Shown here in pieces: positions 12,277 to 24,012 of a DNA stretch of 64,000 nucleotides. Under the pieces are notes generated by a model. That model searched no databases and was not told the origin of the DNA. It saw nothing but the letters and a program-made list of their open reading frames with translations. The stretch is from Heptranchias perlo. Taxonomy: Eukaryota. The DNA lies in contig NC_090327.1 in the NCBI RefSeq assembly GCF_035084215.1, positions 113,212,001-113,276,000 on the forward strand. The letters run 5' to 3'. The position numbers and the translations under genes are program-made. Each line of letters begins with the position of its first letter. The first letter of the stretch is position 1.

Positions 12277-12701
12277 TGGGAGCCTATAGTAATAGTGTAA
12301 AGGGCAAAGAGGGGAAGGAATTTCTGAAATGTGTTCAAGAGAACTTTCTGGAACAGCGTTTTCCAGCCCAACCAGGAAGGAAACAGTGCTGGATCTAGTA
12401 CTGGAGAATGAAGTGGGGCAGGTGGAGCATGTTTCAGTGGAGTAATATTTGGAGAACAGTGATCATAATATCATTAGGTTTAGAATAGTTATGCAAGGGA
12501 CAATCAAATGTGAAAATGTGGAGGAGGGCAAATTTCAGTGAGTTAAAAAGGGATCTTGCCCAGGTGGATTGGAATCAAAGAATAGTAGGCAAAACAGTAT
12601 TCGAACAATGGGAGGCTTCAAGGAGGAATTGGTTTGGGTATAGAGTAGACACAATCCCTACGAGAGGGAAAGCTAGAGCTCCCCGGATGTCTAAAGATAT
12701 A

Positions 12702-14479
12702 GGGGGCTAAATTGGGCCGCATATTGCACGTTGTTAAGGCACAACGCGGACTTCAAAAGCCCCAAAATGGTGTCCAAGATGCATACGAACACCTCCAATG
12801 TGACGTGCGCAGGTCGCCATATCGGTAAAGGCGTTTGCGCACACAGATATAATGGACGCTGGTACCATGTAAAGGAGGGAGAATATGCGGTATATCAGTG
12901 TGCAACGCTGATTTAAAGGGACAGATGCGATTTTGGAATTCCACGCTCCAGCCAACCTCGCACAGCTGAACAGGTCTTAAATGGCATGGAAGACACCCCA
13001 CCGGCGCTATTTAAAGGGATCATGCAGGAGTTACAGGTTAGTTGCTGGATTGTTACTGCTGATGAATGTGTACTTGTTTTTGGAGGTCTCCTATACTTGA
13101 ATACTAGGATGAGGGGACATAGCCTAACATTTAGAGCCAGGACTTTCAGGAGTGAAGTTGGAAACACTTCCACACGCAAAGGCTGGTAGAAGTTTGGAAC
13201 TTTCTTCCGCAAACGGCAGTTGATGCTAGCTCAATTGTTAATTTTAAATCTGAGATTGATAGATTTTTGTCAACCAAAGGTATTGAGGGATATGGGGCTA
13301 AGGCAGGTATATGGAGTTAGATCACAGATAAACCATGATCTCATTGAATGGTGGAACAGGCTCGAGGGGCAAAATGGCCTACTCCTGGTCCTATGTTCCT
13401 CTAATAAAGTTTCAACACTCTACAGGGAGTGCGCTGTCTAGCTGACAGGCAACACCAAGGGCACAGGCAGAGTGGCAGGGGTGGGACAGGAATGCTGTCA
13501 TCCTGAGAGGGGACAGCAGGTTCCTGTTCCATGGAGCCACTGCCACCTGCTGCTTCCTGTTATGCGCCACCTTCTCCTGCAAGAAAGCAGGATGTGTGTC
13601 GGTGAGTGTCCTGCAGGATGTTTGGGTGGTATGGCTGTCATAGTTGAATAGCTGCCAGTGTGTGTGACCTGTGAGTTGTGGGTGTGAGGCTAGCAACAGT
13701 GGTAATGTGTGAGGGTAAGAGGAAGCATCTGATTGGAAAAGTTGAGTACTGATGGAAAGAGTTTGTTGGTATGTGGGTGATGGGGGTGTAGTGTGTGGAG
13801 CAGTGGATGCGGCCAATGGTGCAGTTGGTAGGAGACGCCACTTGACAGTTGAACTCACAGACCTTAACCACTCGTGTCAAATCATTGAACTCCTTCCTGC
13901 ACTGCATCTATGTTCATGGTGCTACGTTCCTGGTATTGACTTCGCCCCCTACTGCCTCCCACTGCCTCGGAAGTATATGTCTGAAGGGCCTCTTACCCCC
14001 CTGTGGATATAGGATGCCCCTCCTGCTATCCACCTCTTGCATCAAGGCCTCTACAGCATCATCAGAGAACCTTGATGCACGCTCTCTCACAGGCTCGGTA
14101 CAAACTCAGATCAGCGGATTGGTGGAGGTCTGGTGTGCAGATTGGAGGATGTGGGATGTAGTTGTGAGCAACCTTTATTCAGTGCTCTGAAAGAGCTCAA
14201 CAGTTTGTAAACATAAGGACGGGACCTGCATCTGTGCTTTATGTGTGCGATTTCTGATCTCCATTCAGACTCGATTCAGACCCGTATCTTATATTTTGAA
14301 AATATAAAAGTCCTGCAAACTTTGAGCAGTCAAGTTGTTGCTCATTAAAAATTCCAGAGTTCTCATCGTCACCATGCTTCACTATATTGCAGCACAGATT
14401 CACTTCACCATTGACTTCCACAACTTCCTCCAGCTACACTGCACCTCCCCTTTAAGATGTGTTATCCAATATAACCCCC
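12702..14479. mobile_element. Non-autonomous Harbinger element carrying Myb/SANT-like exons and a CR1 3' end (copy 1)
   Basis: TIRs GGGGGCTAAATTGG / CCAATATAACCCCC and 3-bp flanks ATA/ATT; the host CR1 reads through once the element is removed. Myb-like exon on the - strand (QCRKEFNDLTRVVK|gt...cag|EKVAHN, ~13540-14100). CR1 3' end at ~13100-13400 (+). Confidence 0.85.
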
Positions 14480-16332
14480 ATTGAGATTAAAATGAAACAG
14501 GAAAAGGAGGCTTATGGCAAGTGTACGGTTCATAATACAGTAGAGAACCAAGCTGAATACAGAAAGTACAGAGGAGATCTAAAAAATGGAATAAGAAGGG
14601 CAAAGAGAGAGCATGAGAATAGATTAGTGGACAACACAAAAATGAACCCAAAAGTCTTTTATAAACGTATAAATAATAAAAGGAAGGGTGGGACTGATTG
14701 GGGACAAAAAAGGAGATCTTCTTGTGGAGGCAGAGGGCCTGGCTGAGGTACTAAATGAATACTTCGCATCGATCTTCACTAGAAGCAATAAAGGAGGAGG
14801 TAATAGCGATATTGGATAGGATAAAAGTAGGCAAAGAGGAGATACTTAAAAGATTGGCAGTACTCAAAGTAGAAAAGTCACCTGGTCCAGATGGGATGCA
14901 TCTGAGGTTACTGAGGGAAGTAAGGGTGGAAATTGTGAAGGCTCTGGCCACAATAGTCCAATCCTCCTCAGATATAGGGATGGTGCTGGAGGACTGGAGG
15001 ATTGCAAATGTTACAACCCTGTTCAAAGAATGGGAGAGGGATAAACCCGGCAATTACAGGTCAGTCAGCCTAACGTCGGTGGTGGGGATTCTTTTAGGGA
15101 CAATAATCCTGAACAAAATAAATTGGCACTTGGAAAAGTATGGGCTAATAAATCAAAGTCAGCACGGATTTGTTAAAGGAAAATCCTGTTTGACTAACTT
15201 GATTGAGTTCTTTGATGAAATAACGGAGAGGATTGATGAGGCTGGTATGGTTGATGTTGTGAATATGGGCTATCAAAAGGCATTTGATAAAGTACCACAT
15301 AATAGACCTATTAGCAAAATTAAAACCCACGGGATAAAGGGACAGTGGCAGTGTGAATACAAAATTAGCTAGGAGACAGGAATCAGAGAGTAGTGGTGAA
15401 TGGTTGTTTTTCAGACTGATGGAAACATATAGTGGTGTTTCCCAGCGGTCAGTATTAGGACCACTGCTTTTTTTGATATATATTAATGACCTGGACTTGG
15501 GTATAGAGGGTATAATTTCAAAGTGTGCAGATGACACAAAACTTGCAAATGTAGTAAACAACATGGAGGATAGTAACAGGCTTCAGGAGGACATAGACAG
15601 ACTGGTGAAATGGGCAGACACATGGCAGATGAAATTTAATGCAGAGAAATAGAGAAATGTGAAGTGATGCATTTTGGTCAGAAGAATGAGGAGAGGCAAT
15701 ATACACTAAATGGTACAATTTTGAAGGGGGTGCATGAGCAGAGAGACATGTGGATGCACATACACACATCTTTGAAGGTGGCAGGTCAAGTTGAGAAGGC
15801 TGTTAATAAAGCATGTGGGATCCTGAGCTTTATTAATAGAGGCATAGAGTACAAAAGCAAGGAAGTTATGCTAAACCTTTATAAATCACTAGTTAGGCTT
15901 CAGCTGGAGTATTGTTTTCAATTCTGGGCGCCACAATTTAGGAAGGATATCAAGGCCTTAGGGAGGGTGCAGAAAAGATTTACTAGAATGGTACCAGGGA
16001 TGAGGGATTTCAGTTATGTGGAGAGACTTAAGAAGCTGGGGTTGTTCTCCTTAGAACAGAGAAGGTTAAGGGGAGATTTGATAGAAGTGTTCAAAATCAT
16101 GAACAGTTTTGATAGAGTAAATAAGGAGTAACCGTTTCCAATGGCAGATTTAAGGCGATCAGCAAAAGAGCCAGAGACAACATGAGGAAACATTTTTTTA
16201 TGCAGTGAGTTGTAATGATCTGGAATGCACGGCCTGTGCGGGTGGTGGAAGCAGATTCAATAGCAACTTTCAAAAAGGAATTAGATAAATATTTGAAGGG
16301 AAAAAATTTATAGGGTTATGGGGAAAGAGCAG

Positions 16333-16397
16333 CGGATGGGCAATATATGCTGGCCTTGCCAGCGACGCCCACATCCCATGAATGAATTTTAAAAAAA
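16333..16397 (+). mobile_element. Short 3' tail of a LINE family (same as 27262 and 44090)
   Basis: GATGGGCAATA..TGCTGGCCTTGCCAGCGACGCCCACATCCCATGAATGAATTTTAAAAAA, near-identical to the other copies. Confidence 0.75.
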
Positions 16398-16530
16398 CTC
16401 TGCACCCTCTCTCAGGCCTTGACATCTTTCCTAAAATGTGATGCCCAGAATTGGCCACAATACTCCAGCTGAGGCTAACCAGTGTTTTGTAAAGGTTTAG
16501 CATAACTTCCTTGCTTTTTTACTCTCTGAG
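16398..16530 (-). mobile_element. CR1 RT internal fragment
   Basis: MLNLYKTLV motif in ORF 16270..16503. Confidence 0.75.
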
Positions 16531-17856
16531 AAACAAAGCACACCCATAAACACAAAAGGATGCACTGGTACAAAATAATGTGTACAAGTACTAACTAATC
16601 ATGGAAAGAGGGTTAAATTTCCTAGGGACAATTTTCCTCCTCCCCCTCCCATTAACTGGATACCGAAAATGCACCCCGCTTGACGTATATCAACCTGTTT
16701 GTATTTCCTTCATGTCATTTAAATTGACTGAATATAGCCCAGATAAATGCCCACCCTTGGCAGGGCTTTGCATCTGGAAATGGGAATGGAAATTCAGATC
16801 CCTAAGCTCTGTGGCAGCGGTAAGGGGCACCGGCTGTAATGCAAAAGCAGCAGCCTGAGGGCCTCTAGCCCCAAAGATGGTGCCAGATGCCTTTTTCCTG
16901 GTTTCATCTTCTTGCTACCTGCCCCTTCTCAGGTCCTGTCTGAGTGGGGCTGGGAGCAGGGCCTTAATGCCCAGTTATTTCTGGCTGTTGCTGCAATTCA
17001 GCCTCTACCTGGTGTACTGAGACCCAAATGAGGAGGCGGGAGGTGCCACTACACACTACATTCCTCCCTTTACATGGGAGTCCCATGCTTGTGCCTTTTC
17101 TAGGTGCATCACATTTGTTCTCCCCATGTTCATCTGCTTTGTACCCACCAGATAGTCTTACATGATGAACACAAGCCAGGTGTCCAAATGGGATGGTGCT
17201 CAAAGCAACATGGAGTGAAAAAGGTGCAATCAGAGAATAGTAGTGACACAGACCCTAATTCATCTAGTATAGGTGTTCATTTTACTTAACCTATCCTTGG
17301 CAATCATTGGTTAAAGTTATCATGCTGAACACCACTGTGATGATAAAATATAGGGCAAGTGTAAACCTAATGAATGACCATGTCTGTAATAAAGTACAAT
17401 TCATCGGAACTAATGATTAATCGATATCCTAAGGCAGATACTGTTAAACCTGCACAGCCAACACAATAGTTTATAGTTGGACAAAATACTGGGTAAATTC
17501 CAAGACATAAAAATGAACAATGTTCTGCTTTGAACACCATTCATTTATATGCTTCATTCATTACCTTGGTCTTCACAGTAAAAACACCATCGGGAAGCTT
17601 TCTTGTGTGTGCTATATGTAACAATATCATAAACCCGTCTTTATTTTGTTATATATTGCACAGGGAGGAAATCTTCACCCTATATTAGCCCCAAGTCAAT
17701 GCTGAGGCACAGCAGTTTATGAACAATAATACAAAGTTATTTCTATTATCGCAGATGGATAAAACCAAAGTTGAGGAAACAAGAACTGCGCTATTTTTGG
17801 GAACTAACCAAGCAACACCTCATGACACCACAGATAACGCTCCAGCAGAACTTTTA

Positions 17857-18180
17857 GTCCCAAGTTCAACTTTCATTCTGTGCTGCAACATCTGACCTTA
17901 GCCATTGTAAAACAATACTGGGCTCGAAAGGGAAAAAAATCAGCCAGGGTTCTTGCTTCTGAATTATTATTTAGTGCCTCCTGCTGTGCACTCTTGCGGA
18001 TGCTGAGTGAGAACAGGGTTGGATTCAGACATGATGCCTCCATGGCTGGCTGCCTTTCTGGGATCAAGTCCAGGGTCACACCTGAAGAATGGCTCCTTGG
18101 AGTGAGATACTGGAGATTGGTCTGCTCACAAAGAGCTATACTTATATCACTACCTTCGGGTGAGGAGAAGAGAAAATCGA
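17857..18180 (+). mobile_element. LF-SINE-like relic
   Basis: Collinear blocks matching the LF-SINE consensus as I recall it: GGGAAAA..TCAGCCAGGGTT, GTGAGAACAGGGTTGG, TGATGCCTCCA, TCACACCTGAAGAATGG and CCTTCGGGTGAGGAGAAGAGAAAATCG. Confidence 0.7.
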
Positions 18181-18595
18181 AGAGAAAAACACACATGGAA
18201 AGAAAAATCATTTTTTTCGGGCAAAAGCTGAATCTAATTTCCTACACTTATTGATTGAACAGGTTGTGTTGTATTGTTCGGTTTGCATCGGACCCATGGG
18301 AGCAGAGTGCACCATTCTCTGCAGACACCTTGAGTGGCTGAGCTGTGTCTTTTCGAAAAGCTGGTATGAGGAAAAGCCAGCAGTGAACAGTTGAGCAGGG
18401 ACAGAGCCAGATGCTGCACATCTGTGGAGCGCTGGAAAATGAGCATGGGAATTAACAAGTGGGAAAAGTGAACATAGGAAAGGAAACTCTAAAAGTTCAA
18501 GAGGAAAGAGGGGGTGGGGAGGGAGGGGTTGCAGGAGAGAGTTAAGGGAACAAAGGTGCGTGCCGGAGAGTTGGAGCCAGGAGCAAGACAAAACT

Positions 18596-18985
18596 GAGCA
18601 GCCCAGAGAGAGAGGTGCAGAGGTACAGAGGGAGAGAGAGCTCTGACAGCAGCTCAGAGAGAGAGAGGTGCAGAGGTACAGAGAGAGAGAGAGCTCTGAC
18701 AGCAGCTCAGAGAGAGAGAGGTGCAGAGGTACAGAGAGAGAGAGAGCTCTGACAGCAGCTCAGAGAGAGAGAGGTGCAGAGGTACAGGGAGAGAGAGAGC
18801 CCTGACAGCAGCTCAGAGATAGAGAGGTGCAGAGGTACAGAGAGAGAGAGAGAGCCCTGACAGCAGCTCAGAGATAGAGAGGTGCAGAGGTACAGAGAGA
18901 GAGAGAGCCCTGACAGCAGCTCAGAGAGAGAGGTGCAGAGATATAGAGAGAGAGAGAGAGCCCTGACAGCAGCTCAGAGAGAGAG
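18596..18985 (+). repeat. GA-rich minisatellite, ~50-54 bp unit, about 7 copies
   Basis: Unit GAGAGGTGCAGAGGTACAG(AG)nC(T/C)CTGACAGCAGCTCAGA. Shorter diverged units (CCTGAGAGCAACTCAGA) continue at 21086-21372 and 24013-24200. Confidence 0.95.
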
Positions 18986-21085
18986 CACCTTTGACCCCTC
19001 TGTCCTTGCAAACTATCACCCCATCTCCAATCTCCCTTTCCTCTCCAAAGTCCTTGAAAGTGTTGTCTTTTCCCAATTCCGTGCTCATCTTTCCCGCAAC
19101 CCCATGTTTGGACCTCTCCAATCAGGTTTCCGCCCCTGTCACACCACTGAAACGGCTCTCATCAAAGTCACCAATGACATCCTATGTGACTGTGACTGTA
19201 AACTATAACTCCTCATCCTTCTCAACCTGGCTGCAACCTTTGACACGGTTGACCACTCCATCCTCCTTCAATGCCACTCCTCCGTTGTGCAGCTGGGTGG
19301 GACTGCTGTGGTCTGGTTCCATTCATTTCTATCCAGTCATAGCCAGAGAATCACCTGCAATGGCTTCTCTTCCCACTCCCACACCAAAATCTCTGGAGTT
19401 CCCCAAGGATCTATCCTTGGCCCCTGCCTATTTCTCATCTACATGCTCACCCTCGGCGACATCATCCAGAGATACAATGTCAGATTCCACATGCTGACGA
19501 CACCCAGTTCTACCTCGCCACCACCTCTCTTGACCTCTCCACTACCTCTGATTTGTCACTCAGTACCGGGTGAGCAGAAATTTCCTCCAATTAAATATTG
19601 GGAAGACCAAAACCTTTGTCTTCGGTCCCTGCCATAAAAGCCGTTCCCTAGCCACTGACTACATCACTCTGCCTGGCCACTGTCTCAGGCTGAATCAGAC
19701 TGTTCGCAACCTTGGTGTCCTATTTGACCTTGAGATAAGCTTCCGATCCCATATCCGCTCCATCACCAAGACTGCCTACTTCCACCACCGTAACATTGAC
19801 AGTCTCCACTCCTGTCTCAGCTTATCTGCTACTGAAACCCTCATCCATGCCTTTGTTGCGTCTAGACTGGACTATTCCAATACTCTCCTGGCTGGCCTCC
19901 CATCTTCCACCATCCATAAACTTGAGCTCATCCAAAACTCTGCTGCCCCTATCCTAATTCGCACCAAGTCCCATTCTTCCATCACCCCTGCCCTCGCTGA
20001 TGTACATTGGCTCGCAGTCCAGCAACGCCTTGATTTTAAAATTCTCGTCTTTGTTTTCAAATCCCTCCATGGCCTCACTGCTCCCTATTTCTGTAACCTC
20101 CTCCAGCCCTACAACTCTCTGAAATCTCTGCGCTCCTCCAATTCTTGCCTCTTGCACATCCCTGATTTTAATCGCTCCACCATTGGCGGCCGTGTCTTCA
20201 GCTACCTAGGCCCTAAGCTCTAGAATTCCCTCCCTAAACCTTTCTGCCTCTCTACCTCTCTCTCCTCCTTTAACATAAGAGCATAAGAAATAGGAGCAGG
20301 AGTAGGCCGTATGGCTCCTCGAGCCTGCTCCGCCATTCAATCAGATCATGGTTGATCTTCAACCTCAACTCCACTTTCCAGCCCGATCCCCATATCCCTT
20401 GATCCCCATAGAGTCCAAAAATCTATCCATCTCAGCCTTGAATATATTAAATGACTCAGCATCCACAGCCCTCTTGGGTAAAGAATTCCAAAGATTCACA
20501 ACCCTCTGCGTGAAGAAATTCCACCTCATCTCAGTCTTGAATGGCCGTCCCCTTATCCTGTGACAATGCCCCCCAGTTCTAGACTCTTAGGCCAGGGAAA
20601 TCTCTCAGCATCTACGCTGTCAAGCCCCCTCGTAATCTTATATGTTTCGATGAGATCACCTCTCATTCTTCTAAACTCCAGAGAGTATAGGCCCATTCTA
20701 CTCAATCTCATAGGACAACCCTCTCGTCCCAGGAATTAATCTAGTGAACTTTTGTTGCACCACCTCTAAGCAAGTATACCCTTCCTTAGATAAGGAGACC
20801 AAAACTGTACACGGTACTCCAGGTGAGGTCTCACCAATGCCCCATACAATTGTGGTAAGACTTCCTTACTCTTGTACTCTAAGCCCCTTGCAATAAAAGC
20901 CAACATGCCATTTGCCTTCCTTTTAAGATGCTCCTTAAAACCTACGTCTTTTACCAACCTTTGGTCACCTGTCCTGATATCTCCTTATGTGGCTCAGTGT
21001 CAAATTTTGTTTGATAATGCTTTTGTGAAGTGCCTTGGAACATTTTACAAAATTAAAGGCGCTATATAAATGTAAGTTGTTGTTG
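18986..21085 (+). mobile_element. L2 (LINE2) 5'-truncated copy with RT remnants
   Basis: PISNLPFLSKVLE, QSGFRPCHTTETALIKV, GVPQGSILGP, LNIGKT, LIHAFVASRLDYSN and IQNSAA motifs; 3' end GGCGCTATATAAATGTAAG(TTG)n. Confidence 0.92.
20273..20920 (-). mobile_element. CR1 3' fragment nested in the L2
   Basis: ACATAAGA-type tail at 20273 and KANGMLAFIARGLEYK motif; L2 sequence resumes at ~20921. Confidence 0.9.
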
Positions 21086-21372
21086 GTGAGAGAGAGAGAT
21101 AGAAAGAGCCCTGAGAGCAACTCAGAAAGAAAAAGTGAGAGAAAGCAAGGGAGAGCAACTGAGAGAGACAGAGCCCTGAGAGCAACTCAGAGAGAGAAAG
21201 AGAGAGAGTCCTGACAGCAACTTAGAGAGGAGACAGAGAGTGAGAGGGACAGAGAGACCTGAGAGCAATTCAGAAAGAGAGAGAGAGAGAGAGAGAGTCC
21301 TGACAGCAACTTGGAGAGGAGAGAGAGAGAGAGAGAGACAGGAGAGAGAGATCCCTGAGAGCAATTTAGAGA

Positions 21373-24012
21373 GGGGGGAAAATTGGATAAGGCCTATTTT
21401 CAGGCGTTGGTAGTTCGATCCGTTATTAACCCACGCCCGGTGGCCCCTGTGCAGGCAGGACAAGACTTTCAGTACTCACCTTCAATCAGTATTGACACAA
21501 GGATTCCATGCAATTTGCACTTTCTACCAGCAGAAGAGCCCCAATCTCTTAAAGGGAGGATGCCTCTTAAAATCTCTTAAAGGTAACCGGTACCTGCTAT
21601 TTGCTAAAAATAACAGTCTGCTGTCTGCACCGCGTCTGAACGGAGATCAGACATTGTACCTGTAAAACACAGATGCAGGTCCCGTCCCTATGTTTACACA
21701 CTGATGAGTTATGTTAAAACATTGAATAAAGTTTTGCGCACGACTAAATCCCACACCCTCCAATCTGCATGCCAGACCTCACCAATCTGCCGATCTGAGT
21801 TTGTGCCAAGCCTGCGAGAGTGCATGCACCAAGGTGCTCTGCTGATGCACTAGAGGCTTTGGTGCAAGAGCTGGACAGAAGGAGGAGCATCCTATATCTG
21901 TGGGGGGGGGGGGGGGCAAGAGGCCCTCCAGATATATGCCCAAAAGGCAGTGGGAGGTAGTAGGGGACGAAGTCAATGCCAGGTGCAAAGCACCACGAAC
22001 ATGGTTGCAAGAAGAAGTTCAATGCTTTGACACGAGTGGTCAAGGTGAGTGAGGTCAACTGTCAAGTGGCGCCTCCTATCACCTGCACCACTAGCCGCAT
22101 CCACTGCTCCTCGCACTACACTCTCCATCACCCACATACCAACAAACTCTTTCCATCAGTACTTAACTCATCCAATCGAATGCTTCCTCTCACCCTTACA
22201 CATTACCACTGTTGCAAGCCACCCATCCACAACTCACAGGCCACACACACTGGCAGCTATTCAACCATGACAGGCACATCACCCAGACACACGTCCCACT
22301 TTCTTGCAGGAGAAGGTGGCGCATAACAGGAGGCAGCAAGTGGCAGTGGCATTTAGCCCCTCGAGCCTGTTCTGTCATTCAATGAGATCATGCTGGACCT
22401 GTGACCTAACTCCATATAACCGCCGTAGCCCCATATCCCTTAGTTCTTGGTTCACAGAAATCTATCAATCACAGATTTAGAATTCACAATTGAGCTAGCA
22501 TCAAGTGCCTTTTGCAGAAAAGCTTTCCAAACGTCTCCCACCCTTTGCATGTAGCAGCGTTTCCTAACTTCACTCGTGCAAGTCCTAGCTCTAAATGTTA
22601 GGCTATGTTCCCTAGTCCGAGTATTCAAGTGTAGGAAACCTCCAAAACCAGTTACAAATGTCTCGGCAAGCAGAAGCAATAATCCAGCCACTAACCTGTA
22701 AATCCTGCATGGTCCCTTTAAATAGCACTGGTGGGGGGTGTCCTCCAAGCACCGTAAGAAATGTTCAGATGGTCGTGGTTAAGGCTGTGCGTTGAGTTGA
22801 GCGTTATGTCCCAAAATGGTGTCCATCAATATTACATATCAAAGTTTGCAGATGATACAAAGATGGGAGGGAAAGTAGAGAGTGAGGAGGACATAAAAAA
22901 TCTACAAGGGGATATAGACAGGCTGGGTGAGTGGGCGGAGATTTGGCAGATACAATACAATATTGGAAAATGTGAGGTTATGCACTTTGGCAGGAAAAAT
23001 CAGAGAGCAAGTTATTATCTTAGTGGCGAGAAACTGGAAAGTACTGCAGTACAAAGGGATCTGGGGGTCCTAGTGCAAGAAAATCAAAAAGTTAGTATGC
23101 AGGTGCAGCAGGTGATCAAGAAGGCCAACGGAATGTTGGCTTTTATTGCTAGGGGGATAGAATATAAAAACAGGGAGGTATTGCTGCAGTTATATAAGGA
23201 ATTGGTGAGACCGCACCTGGAATACTGCATACAGTTTTGGTCTCCATACTTAAGGAAAGACATACTTGCTCTCGAGGCAGTACAAAGAAGGTTCACTCGG
23301 TTAATCCCGGGGATGAGGGGGTGGACATATGAGGAAAGGTTGAGTAGATTGGGACTCTACTCATTGGAGTTCAGAAGAATGAGAGGCGATCTTATTGAAA
23401 CATATAAGATTGTGAAGGGGCTTGATCGGGTGGATACGGTAAGGATGTTCCCAAGGATGGGTGAAACTAGAACTTGGGGCATAATCTTAGAATAAGGGGC
23501 TGCTCTTTCAAAACTGAGATGAGGAGAAATTTCTTCACTCAGAGGGTAGTAGGTCTGTGGAATTTGCTGCCCCAGGAAGCTGTGGAAGCTACATCATTAA
23601 ATAAATTTAAAACAGAAATAGACAGTTTCCCAGAAGTAAAGGGAATTAGGGGTTACGGGGAGCGGGCAGGAAATTGGACATGAATTTAGATTTGAGGTTA
23701 GGATCAGATCAGCCATGATCTTATTGAATGGCGGAGCAGGCTCGAGGGGCCGATTGGCCTACTCCTGCTCCTATTTCTTATGTTCTTATTTTCTTATGTA
23801 AAATAGTGTTCCTCACTGTTTGCTTCCATTTCAACCTTACTTTACATGCTTCCAGCATTCGGTATTTGCGCATGTGCTAACTCCTATACCCAGATGGCGC
23901 CCAGTGCATGTCACACTGAAAACGTGCATGCGCAGCCAAGACACCATCTTGGATATTCGAGAGGCCACGTAGCACCAAAACAAGGGGTGCTACATGGCCC
24001 AATTTAGTGCCC
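21373..24012. mobile_element. Non-autonomous Harbinger element with Myb-like exons and CR1 3' end (copy 2, opposite orientation to copy 1)
   Basis: Ends GGGGGGAAAATTGGATAA / CCAATTTAGTGCCC. Exon CKKKFNALTRVVK|gtgagt...ttcttgcag|EKVAHN at ~21820-22345 (+). CR1 3' end at ~22350-22625 (-). Homologous to 12702-14479. Confidence 0.85.
22834..23799 (+). mobile_element. Young CR1 3' fragment nested in the Harbinger element
   Basis: Open RT frame ISKFADDTK...RMGETRT, complete 3'UTR and (TTCTTATG)n tail. Nearly identical to 46335-47553. Confidence 0.95.

Larger units (their letters stand above)
10672..16332 (+). mobile_element. Long degenerate CR1 LINE (5'UTR, ORF1 remnant, APE endonuclease, RT) with two nested insertions
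   Basis: ORF1 start MAGHLGPIACTSCAMWE; endonuclease motifs CINARSVVNKIGEL and MGDFNYP; RT motifs [45 protein letters not shown] and ADDTK. Interrupted at 11784-12276 and 12702-14479. Confidence 0.92.

Noticed and set aside
18596-18985. CRISPR-like array
   Set aside because: Units are head-to-tail with no unique spacers, the context is eukaryotic, and there are no cas genes; it is a minisatellite.
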